Shown: piece after piece, positions 29,293-38,276 of the stretch | How the letters are laid out: the number at the start of each line of letters is the position of its first letter | Numbering within the stretch: the stretch's first letter is position 1 | From: Terriglobia bacterium | GTDB taxonomy: Bacteria > Acidobacteriota > Polarisedimenticolia > Polarisedimenticolales > JAIQFR01 | Assembly (NCBI GenBank): GCA_963748015.1 | Contig: CAVVHE010000008.1 | Coordinates: 844,630 to 908,629 of the forward strand | Direction of reading: 5' to 3' | DNA length: 64,000 nucleotides | Notes under the pieces: generated by a model | Told to the model about the DNA's origin: nothing | The model's input: only the letters and a program-made list of their open reading frames with translations | Databases searched by the model: none | Translations under genes and position numbers: made by a program

Positions 29293-29497
29293 GAGCGACG
29301 TTCCGGCGGGGGTGGAATACCGAAGGACCGCTCCCGAGGCGGCCCGCGACTCACCCCCCGGGGCTGATTCTGTCATCCCCGCGCGGCGGGGGCAACGCCG
29401 CGTCCCGCGCTTTCCACGGCGGCGAGGTTCTGATACAAGAGGGGCTCTCTCGCATGCCGGAGGCCGCGTGACGGATCTTCAGAGACCGGGCGAAGGA

Positions 29498-30940
29498 ATG
29501 ACCGCGATGGTTCGCGAGAAGAAGCGCGCCGCGGCCCAGTCGGTGTTGGCCGGCATCGTCCTCACCGGGATCAAGATCGCGGCGGGACTCGCCACCGGTT
29601 CTCTCGGAATCCTCGCCGAGGCCGCGCACTCCGCCCTCGACCTGGTGGCCGCCGCGATGACCTGGCTCGCCGTGAGGACCTCCTGGCGGCCACCCGACGA
29701 CGATCACCCCTACGGGCACGGCAAGATCGAGAACCTCTCGGCCCTCGGAGAAACGCTGCTGCTCGTGATCACGTCCTTCTGGATCCTGTGGGAGGCCGCG
29801 CGGCGCATCCTCGGCGAGGGACCCGAGGTCGAGCCGTCCATCTGGGCGTTCGCCGTGATGGGCATCTCGATCGTCGTGGACGTCGTGCGCTCGCGGGACC
29901 TGAAGCGCGTCGCGGAGAAATCTTCGAGCCAGGCGCTCGAGGCGGACGCGCTGCACTTCAGCACGGACGTCGCATCGTCCTCGGTGGTCATCGCCGGGCT
30001 CGCCTGCGTGGTCCTCGCGCGGGAGATGGGCGTGAAGTGGCTGACGCTCGCCGATCCCGTCGCGGCCAGCATCGTGGCCGTCATCGTCCTGGTGCTCTCC
30101 TGGCAGCTCGGCCGCCGCGCCGTCGACATGCTCCTCGACCGGGCCCCGGCGCGGGTGACCGAAGCGATCGCACGTTCGCTCGACGGGCTCGAGGGGATGG
30201 ACGGAACGCCGCGCATCCGCGTGCGCCAGGCGGGCGACCGCGTGTTCGCGGACGTGGAGTTCAGCGTCGAGCGCGGCCTGCCCCTCGCGGAGGCGGAGAG
30301 GATCGCGCAGGTGGCGCGAGAGCGCGTGCGCGCCGCCGCGGGCTCGAACGCGGGGGTCACCGTCGAGCTCAAGGCCCGGCCGGACGACCACGAGACGCTC
30401 CGCCAGAAGGTCGCCACCGCGGTCGCGATGGAGAAGGTCCACGCCCACAACATCACGATGCGCCACGAGACGGAGGGCGCGCATGCGGACCTGCACCTCG
30501 AGCTGCCGGAGAGCATGAGTCTCGGGGAGGGACACGCCATCGCCGACCGTGTGGAGGCCCGCATTCTCCGCGAGGTTCCCGAGGTGCGGCGCGTGGATAT
30601 CCACCTGGAGCTTCACGGCGAGGTCCCGGAATCCGCCGGAGCGCTCGACGACGACATGCGCCGCGGTCTCGAGGCGCGGATCCACGCCCTCGCGGGCGGC
30701 ATCGCGGGGGAGGGGGCGGTCCACGACCTCATGCTCGCGAAGACGGGCTCGGGCCTCTACCTCTCGTGCCACTGCTTCGTCCCGGCGGACGCGTCGCTCG
30801 CGGAGGCCCACGCCCTGACCGAGCGCCTGGAGCGAGCCTTGCGAGGCTCGATCCCCGAGCTGACCAGGATCGCCGTTCACGCGGAGCCGTTCGGCAGCCG
30901 CCGGCACACCGCGGACCGGGGCGGCGCGCCCTCGGACTAG
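29498..30940 (+). CDS. Cation diffusion facilitator with repeated ZT_dimer domains
   Basis: EAAHSALD, HPYGHGKIE and ADALHFSTD, then three C-terminal dimerisation-type repeats ending HLE/HAEP. Confidence 0.92.
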   Translation: MTAMVREKKRAAAQSVLAGIVLTGIKIAAGLATGSLGILAEAAHSALDLVAAAMTWLAVRTSWRPPDDDHPYGHGKIENLSALGETLLLVITSFWILWEAARRILGEGPEVEPSIWAFAVMGISIVVDVVRSRDLKRVAEKSSSQALEADALHFSTDVASSSVVIAGLACVVLAREMGVKWLTLADPVAASIVAVIVLVLSWQLGRRAVDMLLDRAPARVTEAIARSLDGLEGMDGTPRIRVRQAGDRVFADVEFSVERGLPLAEAERIAQVARERVRAAAGSNAGVTVELKARPDDHETLRQKVATAVAMEKVHAHNITMRHETEGAHADLHLELPESMSLGEGHAIADRVEARILREVPEVRRVDIHLELHGEVPESAGALDDDMRRGLEARIHALAGGIAGEGAVHDLMLAKTGSGLYLSCHCFVPADASLAEAHALTERLERALRGSIPELTRIAVHAEPFGSRRHTADRGGAPSD

Positions 30941-31995
30941 CCCTCGGCATCCTCGACGTCGGGGGGAAGGATCCCCGAGGCCTCGAGGTAGCCGAGGCGG
31001 TGCTCCGCCGCGTACGCCGCGCACTCCTTGATCTTCCGGAGGAGCGTCGTGCAGGCGGGGCCCTCGCCGTGGCGCGCGGCGGCCTGGATGATCCGTGCCC
31101 CGCTGAGGTTCAGGAAGTCGAGGAGCTCCGGGACGTCGCCGGGAGCGACGAACGCCCCGAGGTCGCGAGCGTTTCCGATCTCGAGGCGAAGCGATGCGCC
31201 GAGGTGGGGAAACTCCTCGCACGCCGAGGCGAACAGGCGCCGGGCGGGCACCAGAGTCTCCGGCGCCGGAACGCGCGCGGCGCGGCAAATCGTCTCCAGG
31301 CCGTCCACGTCGCGCGCGGTCCAGAACGGCACGACGCGCGCGTGGAGGCTGGCGGCGCGCCAAGGCAGCTCGCCGGAGAGGACCTCCTCGGATGGCTTCC
31401 CCACCATTTCGTCCTCGCGGGAGAGCTCGCCGGCGCGCGCGGCGGCCGCGAGGCCGTGGATCTTCGCCAGCGCCGAGAGCAGGTCGGAGCGGTACTGGAG
31501 GTCGGCCGAGAGCTCGGTGCCGTCCTCCGGCGCGAGCGCTCGCGCGAGCTCGGGATCGAGGCGCTCCAGCTGCTCCTTCACGATCGCGTCCGCCACCCGC
31601 GGAGACGGCGCCGAGCGATAACGGTCCACGGTCGCGACGACCTTCGCCGCCGAAACCTCCGTGACGAAGAACGGACGCCCGTGGAGATGGAGGTCGGGGT
31701 CCACCGCCTGGATCGCGCGGCGAGACAGGTCGTCGGGGCGCCAGTCGAACCGCTCCATGTAGGACTTGACTCTGTCCCAGGTTCCGGCCCCCTGCGGCTG
31801 CCGCGGCGGCTCGGCCGCCGCGCGGAGCGTCTCGATCGCTCGCGCGTATCTCCGGGCCTGCCAGTGGATCTTCCTCACCCTGGCCGCCTCGGCCACGAAC
31901 GGCTCGGGATCGATCTTTCCGCCCGACACGAGCGGAGCGATCGTGCCGTCGAAGAACGCCACGTCCACGGGGTGGAACGAGATCGTGCCCTTCAC
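30937..31995 (-). CDS. Hypothetical protein (352 aa), translationally coupled to cobB
   Basis: GTGA overlap with the sirtuin stop and protein-like composition. No motif recognised. Confidence 0.75.
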   Translation of the reverse strand: MKGTISFHPVDVAFFDGTIAPLVSGGKIDPEPFVAEAARVRKIHWQARRYARAIETLRAAAEPPRQPQGAGTWDRVKSYMERFDWRPDDLSRRAIQAVDPDLHLHGRPFFVTEVSAAKVVATVDRYRSAPSPRVADAIVKEQLERLDPELARALAPEDGTELSADLQYRSDLLSALAKIHGLAAAARAGELSREDEMVGKPSEEVLSGELPWRAASLHARVVPFWTARDVDGLETICRAARVPAPETLVPARRLFASACEEFPHLGASLRLEIGNARDLGAFVAPGDVPELLDFLNLSGARIIQAAARHGEGPACTTLLRKIKECAAYAAEHRLGYLEASGILPPDVEDAEG

Positions 31996-32798
31996 GCGGA
32001 CCCTCCCGCCGCGCCCTGCTCCAGGACCGCGGCCGCGAGCAGCGGCAGCGTCGTGCCGACCGGCCCCTGCACGAAGAACCCGCTCGGTCCGAGCCCGCCT
32101 TCGGTCAGCTGGGTCGGCTCCAGGTTCATCTCCACGATGCTGCCCCGGCGGGCGAGGACCTCCTCGGGGAGGAGGCTCGCCGGGGCGACCTCGCAGGAAG
32201 TCCCGGCGACGAGCATCAGCTCCGATCGACGCACGAGGGCCGAGATCGCCTCGAGCCGGCGCACCGGCTCCTCGAAGAGCACGAGGTTCGGCTTGAGAGG
32301 GGAGCCGCAGGCCCCACAAACCGGGACCGGCCCGGGCTCGAGGTGGGCGGGCGATACCGGCTCCAGCCCGTGGCATCGAAGGCACTGCAGGCGGGTCGCC
32401 TCGCCGTGGATCTCGAGCACGGTCCGGCTCCCGGCCGCCTGGTGCAGGCCGTCGACGTTCTGCGTCACGAGCCCCTTGACGATTCCCGCCCGCTCGAGGT
32501 CCGCGAGCGCGCGATGCGCCGGGTTCGGCGTCTTCCCCTCGAGGATCTTCCCGAGCGCCCGGTAGAGCTTCCACGCCTTCGCGGGATCGTCGAGGAAGCA
32601 GGAAAGGGTCGCGTACTCCATCGGATCGAACACGCTCCAGAGTCCCCCCGGGCTCCGAAAATCCGGGATCCCGCTCTCCACCGAGACCCCCGCTCCCGTC
32701 AGCGCCGTAACCCCCCGCGCCCCCGCGATCGCGCGCGCCGCCGCCTCGAGGTCCCCTTCGACCTTCCCGTCGGGCGTGATCACGATCCGTCCGCGCAT
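31992..32798 (-). CDS. cobB: NAD-dependent protein deacylase (Sir2 family)
   Basis: TGAGVS.ESGIPDFRS, TQNVDGLHQ.AG, IHG, CLRC/CGAC and KPNLVLFEE. Confidence 0.92.
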   Translation of the reverse strand: MRGRIVITPDGKVEGDLEAAARAIAGARGVTALTGAGVSVESGIPDFRSPGGLWSVFDPMEYATLSCFLDDPAKAWKLYRALGKILEGKTPNPAHRALADLERAGIVKGLVTQNVDGLHQAAGSRTVLEIHGEATRLQCLRCHGLEPVSPAHLEPGPVPVCGACGSPLKPNLVLFEEPVRRLEAISALVRRSELMLVAGTSCEVAPASLLPEEVLARRGSIVEMNLEPTQLTEGGLGPSGFFVQGPVGTTLPLLAAAVLEQGAAGGSA

Positions 32799-32871
32799 CG
32801 AGTTACCCCTTGTCCCTTTACGCCGGAGTCTAGGTCCGCGACTTCGCGTTGGCAATGTGGCGTTCTCCGCG

Positions 32872-33299
32872 CCGTTTCGGCACCCGGAAGTCCCCTCCCA
32901 GCGACGTCGGCAGGAGCGCGTCCGCGCTATCGGCGCGCGGACGCGCGATGCCAGAGCCAGGAGCCTGTCCGAGTAATCCCGTGGGCCGCGCGCATGGGGC
33001 TTGCGAGTCGGAGACGAGGAGCGAGGAGGAAGACGATGTGCCTCCATCGACGACGACGAGCGACGATGGATCCGACCGCAACCCCCATGCGCCCTTCGGG
33101 TTCGGGGCGGCGTGGGGGCGTCTGCGTCGTCGCCGCTCCTTGTCGATGGGGGAACATCGACCGCGTCGCGGCTCCTCGCATCCGCCCCCACGGCGCCCCG
33201 AACGCGGCCTACGGGATTACTCGGACAGGCTCCTTGGAGCGAGGCGCAACGCCGAGCGACGAGCGCTCGCAGGGAGGGGACTTCCGGGTGCCGAAACGG
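32872..33299. repeat. Palindromic element with perfect 28-bp terminal inverted repeat, containing a nested MITE
   Basis: 32872-32899 is the exact reverse complement of 33272-33299. Confidence 0.85.
32959..33234. mobile_element. MITE-like non-autonomous element
   Basis: 31/32-bp terminal inverted repeat AGGAGCCTGTCCGAGTAATCCCGT(G/A)GGCCGCG, several internal hairpins, and no transposase. Confidence 0.65.
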
Positions 33300-33332
33300 G
33301 GGGAGCGAGCCCCGCGGTATCATGCGAAGTCG

Positions 33333-34079
33333 ATGGGAGCGCGAGGGCCGGGAAAACGGAAGCGCAAGGGCGGCAGGAGCGGCTGCCTGGCGATCGTGAC
33401 CTTGGTGGCGCTCGTGGCGGGAGGTTACGCCGCATGGAAGGCGCTGACCTGGCCCGACGTCGCGCGTCTTTCGGGCGCGAACCCGAAGACCACCGCGTTC
33501 ATCGAGCTGTACCGGGCCGGGCGCCGCGCCGAGGGGAAGAGCGACCGCGTGGCCTGGACGTGGGTCCCGTATGCCGCGATCTCGCCGGCGCTGAAGCGCG
33601 CGGTGCTGGTGGGCGAGGACATCGGGTTCTTCTCCCACCACGGCTTCGAGGTCGCGGAGATGAAGAAAGCTCTGCGAGAGGCGGTCGAGGACAAGGAGAT
33701 GCCGCGCGGCGCCTCCACGATCACGCAGCAGCTCGCGAAGAACCTGTGGCTCTCGCCGTCGCGAAACCCGTTGCGGAAGGTCGAGGAGGCGGTCCTCACC
33801 TGGCAGATCGAGCGCCGGCTCGGGAAACGCAGGATTCTCGAGCTGTACCTGAACGTCGTCGAGCTGGGGCCGGGGGTCTACGGCGCGGAGGCGGGGGCGA
33901 GGCGCTGGTTCGGGAAGTCTGCGGCCGACCTGACGGACGAGGAGGCGGCGCAGCTCGGGGCATCGCTGCCGAACCCCGAGGATTGGCATCCCGGCTCTGC
34001 GAGCCCCGCGTACCGCCGCCACGTCCAGAGGATCCTGCGGCGGATGGAGAAGGCGTCGTGGATCGACAACGAGCTGTGA
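33333..34079 (+). CDS. mtgA: Monofunctional peptidoglycan transglycosylase
   Basis: [40 protein letters not shown] and LPNP. Confidence 0.93.
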   Translation: MGARGPGKRKRKGGRSGCLAIVTLVALVAGGYAAWKALTWPDVARLSGANPKTTAFIELYRAGRRAEGKSDRVAWTWVPYAAISPALKRAVLVGEDIGFFSHHGFEVAEMKKALREAVEDKEMPRGASTITQQLAKNLWLSPSRNPLRKVEEAVLTWQIERRLGKRRILELYLNVVELGPGVYGAEAGARRWFGKSAADLTDEEAAQLGASLPNPEDWHPGSASPAYRRHVQRILRRMEKASWIDNEL

Positions 34080-34131
34080 CGTCCCCGGCTCTCCCGGGCC
34101 GGGTGGCGGTATCCTCTTGCCGGAGGGACTC

Positions 34132-35727
34132 ATGACGGCCACCGACCTCTGGGACCGCTACCGAGCCTGGCTCTACGACGCACCCGACCTGGGCTTCCGC
34201 CTCGACGTGAGCCGGATGGGCCTGCCGGCGGACTTCCTGCGGAGCATGGACGGGCCGGTGCAGCGCGCCCTCGCCGCGATGGAGGCGCTCGAGGGGGGCG
34301 CGATCGCGAACCCCGACGAGAAACGCAGGGTCGGCCACTACTGGCTGCGCGCGCCCGAGCTGTCCCCTGCGCCCGAGATCGCCGACGCGATCCGCCGCAC
34401 GCTCGCGAAGGTGCTCCACTTCGCCGTGCGCGTGCACGAAGGGCAGGTCCGGCCGCAGCGCGCCGAGCGCTTCACGCGGCTCCTCGTCATCGGGATCGGC
34501 GGCTCGGCACTGGGGCCGGAGTTCGTGGCCGACGCCCTCGGCGCGCACGACGCCCCGATGAGCCCGCACTTTCTCGACAACACCGATCCCGACGGGATCG
34601 ACCGGGTCCTTCAAGGGATCGGCTCGGACCTCGAACGAACCCTCACCGTCGTCATCTCGAAGTCGGGCGGGACCCCCGAGACCCGCAACGGGATGCTCGA
34701 GGCGACCGCCGCCTACGCGGCGCGGGGCCTCGAGTTCGGCAGGCACGCCGTGGCGGTGACCGGGGAGGGGAGCGCCCTCGACCGCCACGCCGTGGAGCAC
34801 CGATTCCTCGAGAGATTCCCGATGTGGGACTGGGTCGGGGGGAGGACCTCCGAGCTGTCCGCGGTCGGCCTCCTGCCGGCGGCGCTCCAGGGGATCGCGG
34901 TGCGCGAGCTGCTCGAGGGGGCCGCCGCGATGGACGGGCTCACGCGCACGCGACAGGCGGCGAAGAACCCCGCCGTTCTTCTCGCGTTGGCGTGGCATCA
35001 CGCCGGCGGCGGGAAGGGCGCAAAGGACATGGTCGTCCTGCCGTACAAGGACCGCCTCGCGCTGTTCAGCCGCTACCTGCAGCAGCTCGTGATGGAGTCG
35101 CTGGGCAAGGAGAAGGACCTCGACGGCCGGACGGTTCACCAGGGGCTCGCCGTCTACGGGAACAAGGGCTCCACCGATCAGCACGCCTACGTCCAGCAGC
35201 TCCGCGACGGCGTTCCGAACTTCTTCGCGGTGTTCATCGAGGTGCGGAAGGAGCGGGAGGGGACGGGGCCCGAGGTCGAGCCCGGGATCACGTCGGGCGA
35301 CTACCTCGCCGGCTTCCTGCTGGGGACGCGCCGCGCGCTTCACGAGAGCGGCCGCCCCTCCCTGACCATCACGCTGCCGGACGTGAGCGCGCGCAGCGTC
35401 GGCGCCCTCGTGGCGTTGTTCGAGCGCGCGGTGGGGTTCTACGCGAGCCTCGTGAACGTCAACGCCTACCATCAGCCCGGGGTCGAGGCCGGGAAGAAGG
35501 CCGCGGCGGCCGTGCTCGACCTGCAGCGGGAGCTCGTCGCGGCCCTCGGCAACCGAGGGCCCGACGGCGGGACGGCGGAGGACCTCGCCGCGGATGCCGG
35601 CGCGCCCGACGACGTCGAGACCGCCTTCCACGTGCTCGAGCGCCTCGCCGCCAACCCGTCGCGCGGCATCGATCGCGTGCCCGGCGCCTCGCCCTTCGAC
35701 GCCGTGTACCGCCTCCGACGCAGCTAG
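34132..35727 (+). CDS. pgi: Glucose-6-phosphate isomerase
   Basis: [37 protein letters not shown] and HQPGVEAGK. Confidence 0.96.
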   Translation: MTATDLWDRYRAWLYDAPDLGFRLDVSRMGLPADFLRSMDGPVQRALAAMEALEGGAIANPDEKRRVGHYWLRAPELSPAPEIADAIRRTLAKVLHFAVRVHEGQVRPQRAERFTRLLVIGIGGSALGPEFVADALGAHDAPMSPHFLDNTDPDGIDRVLQGIGSDLERTLTVVISKSGGTPETRNGMLEATAAYAARGLEFGRHAVAVTGEGSALDRHAVEHRFLERFPMWDWVGGRTSELSAVGLLPAALQGIAVRELLEGAAAMDGLTRTRQAAKNPAVLLALAWHHAGGGKGAKDMVVLPYKDRLALFSRYLQQLVMESLGKEKDLDGRTVHQGLAVYGNKGSTDQHAYVQQLRDGVPNFFAVFIEVRKEREGTGPEVEPGITSGDYLAGFLLGTRRALHESGRPSLTITLPDVSARSVGALVALFERAVGFYASLVNVNAYHQPGVEAGKKAAAAVLDLQRELVAALGNRGPDGGTAEDLAADAGAPDDVETAFHVLERLAANPSRGIDRVPGASPFDAVYRLRRS

Positions 35728-35763
35728 TAGCCCTCTACCCCGGTCGCCGCGTCGTCCTCGCGG

Positions 35764-36846
35764 CTACACGAGATGGTGGAAGGCGAGGGCCTTGACGAGG
35801 AGGAAGGCGCGGCGGCCGGGGGCGAGACGGAGGGCGGCGGCGGCGGCGGGGGTGACGGCGGCGCGGATACGGACGGGGGTCTCGACGACGATCTCGACGA
35901 CCGTGCCGCGGCGCTCGGCGGCGACGATCGTTCCCTCGATGACGTTGCGGGCGGAGGTCGCGGAGACGCGCTCGAGCGAAACGAGGACGTCGTTCGAGCG
36001 CAGGCCCAGCGCGACGCGGCCGTCGGTGGGGGCCGGGAGCAGGCCGGTCTCGACGATCGTGCCGCCGAGGTCCACCTCGCTCCAGCCCTCCTCGTGGGCG
36101 TGCCGGAGGACGGTGCCGGTGAACACGTTGTCGAAGCCGACGGCGCGAGCGGCGGCGCTGTGGGCGGGGGCGGCCAGGAGCGCGGCGGGCGGGCCGACCT
36201 CGAGCACGCGGCCGCCGTCGAGGACCACGAGGCTCGTTCCGAGGCGGATCGCCTCGCCGAGGTCGTGGGTCACGTGGAGAAAGGGAATTTTCGTTTCGCG
36301 CTGCAGCCGCGTGACGAGGGCGCCGAGCGCTACGCGGGACGCGAGGTCGAGGGCCGAGAACGGCTCGTCGAGGAGGACGCCTGCCGGCGAAGCGGCGAGG
36401 GCGCGCGCGAGCGCGACTCGCTGCTTCTCGCCCCCCGACAACTCGTTCGGGTGGCGCCGCGCGAGGGCCGGCGCGCCGACGCGCTCGAGCCAGTCGTCCG
36501 CCCGGCGAAGCCGGTCCGGGCCGTGAAGGCCGAACGACGCGTTGCGCCGCGCATCGAGGTGGGGGAAGAGAAGTGCGTCCTGGAACACGACCCCGAGGCG
36601 GCGCTCGCGCGTCGGCAGGTCGATCCCGCGCCGGGAGTCGAACAGCACCCTGTCCCCCACCACGATGGTCCCGCGCGAGGGACGGAGCGCGCCGAGGATC
36701 GCCAGGAGAAGCGTGCTCTTCCCGGCGCCGCTCGGACCGAACACGACCGTGAACGGACCGTCGGTCTCGAACGCCGCCTCGAGGACGAAGGGCGCGCCCG
36801 CCGCCGCCGGGCGCTCGACGGCGACGTCGACCGCGAAGCCCTTCAC
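35764..36846 (-). CDS. modC: Molybdate ABC transporter ATP-binding protein with TOBE domains
   Basis: GPSGAGKST, LSGGEKQR, LLDEPFSALD, VTHD and SARN. GTGA overlap with modB. Confidence 0.9.
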   Translation of the reverse strand: MKGFAVDVAVERPAAAGAPFVLEAAFETDGPFTVVFGPSGAGKSTLLLAILGALRPSRGTIVVGDRVLFDSRRGIDLPTRERRLGVVFQDALLFPHLDARRNASFGLHGPDRLRRADDWLERVGAPALARRHPNELSGGEKQRVALARALAASPAGVLLDEPFSALDLASRVALGALVTRLQRETKIPFLHVTHDLGEAIRLGTSLVVLDGGRVLEVGPPAALLAAPAHSAAARAVGFDNVFTGTVLRHAHEEGWSEVDLGGTIVETGLLPAPTDGRVALGLRSNDVLVSLERVSATSARNVIEGTIVAAERRGTVVEIVVETPVRIRAAVTPAAAAALRLAPGRRAFLLVKALAFHHLV

Positions 36847-37499
36847 GAACGCCTCCGGCCGAGGCGCCCCGCGGAAATCATCACCGTCACCGACACCGCG
36901 GTGAGGAGCGCCGAGAGCGCCAGCGCCGTCCGGTCCTCCCCGGCGGACACCGCGTCGTAGATCAGGAGCGGCAGCGTCTGCGTCCGGCCCGGGATGTTCC
37001 CGGCGAGCATCAGCGTCGCCCCGAACTCGCCGATGGAGCGCGCGAACGCGAGGACGACGCCGGAGGCGAGCCCGCGCCGGGCCATCGGCAGCGCGACGCG
37101 CAGGAAGTAGGACCGCGTCCCGTGCCCGAGGCTCGCCGCCGCGATCTCCTGCCGAGGGTCGATCCCCTCGAACGCGACGCGCGCCGACCGGATCATCAGC
37201 GGGAGGGCCATGATCGAGGCCGCTACGACGCATGCGACCCAGGTGAACGGGACGGACCAGCCCGTCGCCCGGAAGAGCGGATCGCCCAGGAGGCCGCGGC
37301 GGCCGAGGATCGCGATGAGGTAGTACCCGGTCACGGTCGGTGGAAGGACGAGAGGCAGGTTGAGCAGCGCGTCGAGCGTCTCCCGGCCGCGGAACCGCGA
37401 GCGCGCCAGGAACCACCCCGCAAGCGTCCCGCCGGCCGCGACGAGGGCGGTGGCGGCGAGCGCCACGGTGAGCGAGAGCCTCAGGGCGTCGAGGATCAT
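36843..37499 (-). CDS. modB: Molybdate ABC transporter permease
   Basis: LPLVLPPTVTGYYL and FARSIGEFGATLMLAGNIPGRTQT. Confidence 0.95.
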   Translation of the reverse strand: MILDALRLSLTVALAATALVAAGGTLAGWFLARSRFRGRETLDALLNLPLVLPPTVTGYYLIAILGRRGLLGDPLFRATGWSVPFTWVACVVAASIMALPLMIRSARVAFEGIDPRQEIAAASLGHGTRSYFLRVALPMARRGLASGVVLAFARSIGEFGATLMLAGNIPGRTQTLPLLIYDAVSAGEDRTALALSALLTAVSVTVMISAGRLGRRRS

Positions 37500-38272
37500 G
37501 GCGGGGGCGGGGGGAGGAACCCGCGGCGGGCCAGGACGCCTCGCCCTTCGTCCGAGAGGAGGAAGGCGAGCAGGGCGCCCGCCGCCTGCCCGTGCGGCGC
37601 ATCGTGGAGCGGCACCGCGTAGTAGACGATCGGATCGTGGGATCCCGCGGGGGCCTCGGGGCCTAGACGGATCTTCCCCCCGAACATGCGGGCATCGGTC
37701 GCGTAGACGAAGCCGGCCGCAGCCTCGCCGCGCGCGACGTACTCCAGGACCTGGCGGACGGTCTCTCCGGGAACGAGCCGCTTTGCGACGGTGCCGAGGA
37801 TCCCGGCGTGGCGGAGCGCCTGCTCGGCATAGCGACCCGCGGGCACCGTCTTCGGGTTGCCGGCGGCGACCCGGTCGAAGCGCGGGTCGGCGAGGCCCGC
37901 GAGCGAGGCCGGCGGCTCGTCCCCCGCCGGCACCACGACCACCAGCCGGTTGCCCGCGAACGGCCGCGCCGAGCCCGGCTCGATCCGCCCCGCCTTCTCG
38001 AGCCGAGCGATCTCGTCCTGAGAAGCGCTCAGGAACAGATCCACGGGGGCGCCCTCTTCGATCTGCCGCAGGAGCACGCCGGACGCGGCCGTGTTCACGA
38101 CCACCTTCACTCCCGGGTGCGCGGCCTCGAACCGGTCGGCCGCGTCGCGAACGGTTTCCTTGAGGCTGGCCGCCGCGGACACCAGCACGGTCTCGGATGC
38201 GGTGGCGCCGGGCCCGGCGCACGCGAGGAGCGCCGCGACGACCGCGTGTCCGAGGGCGCGCGGCAGGCGCAT
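37496..38272 (-). CDS. modA: Molybdate ABC transporter substrate-binding protein
   Basis: AAASL, ASG.L..QIE.GAP.DLF.SA, VPAGRYA and FVYATDA. Confidence 0.95.
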   Translation of the reverse strand: MRLPRALGHAVVAALLACAGPGATASETVLVSAAASLKETVRDAADRFEAAHPGVKVVVNTAASGVLLRQIEEGAPVDLFLSASQDEIARLEKAGRIEPGSARPFAGNRLVVVVPAGDEPPASLAGLADPRFDRVAAGNPKTVPAGRYAEQALRHAGILGTVAKRLVPGETVRQVLEYVARGEAAAGFVYATDARMFGGKIRLGPEAPAGSHDPIVYYAVPLHDAPHGQAAGALLAFLLSDEGRGVLARRGFLPPPPP

Positions 38273-38276
38273 CGCC

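Noticed and set aside
31992..32798. Anti-phage SIR2 system
   Set aside because: Canonical zinc-binding CobB-type deacylase in a housekeeping context.
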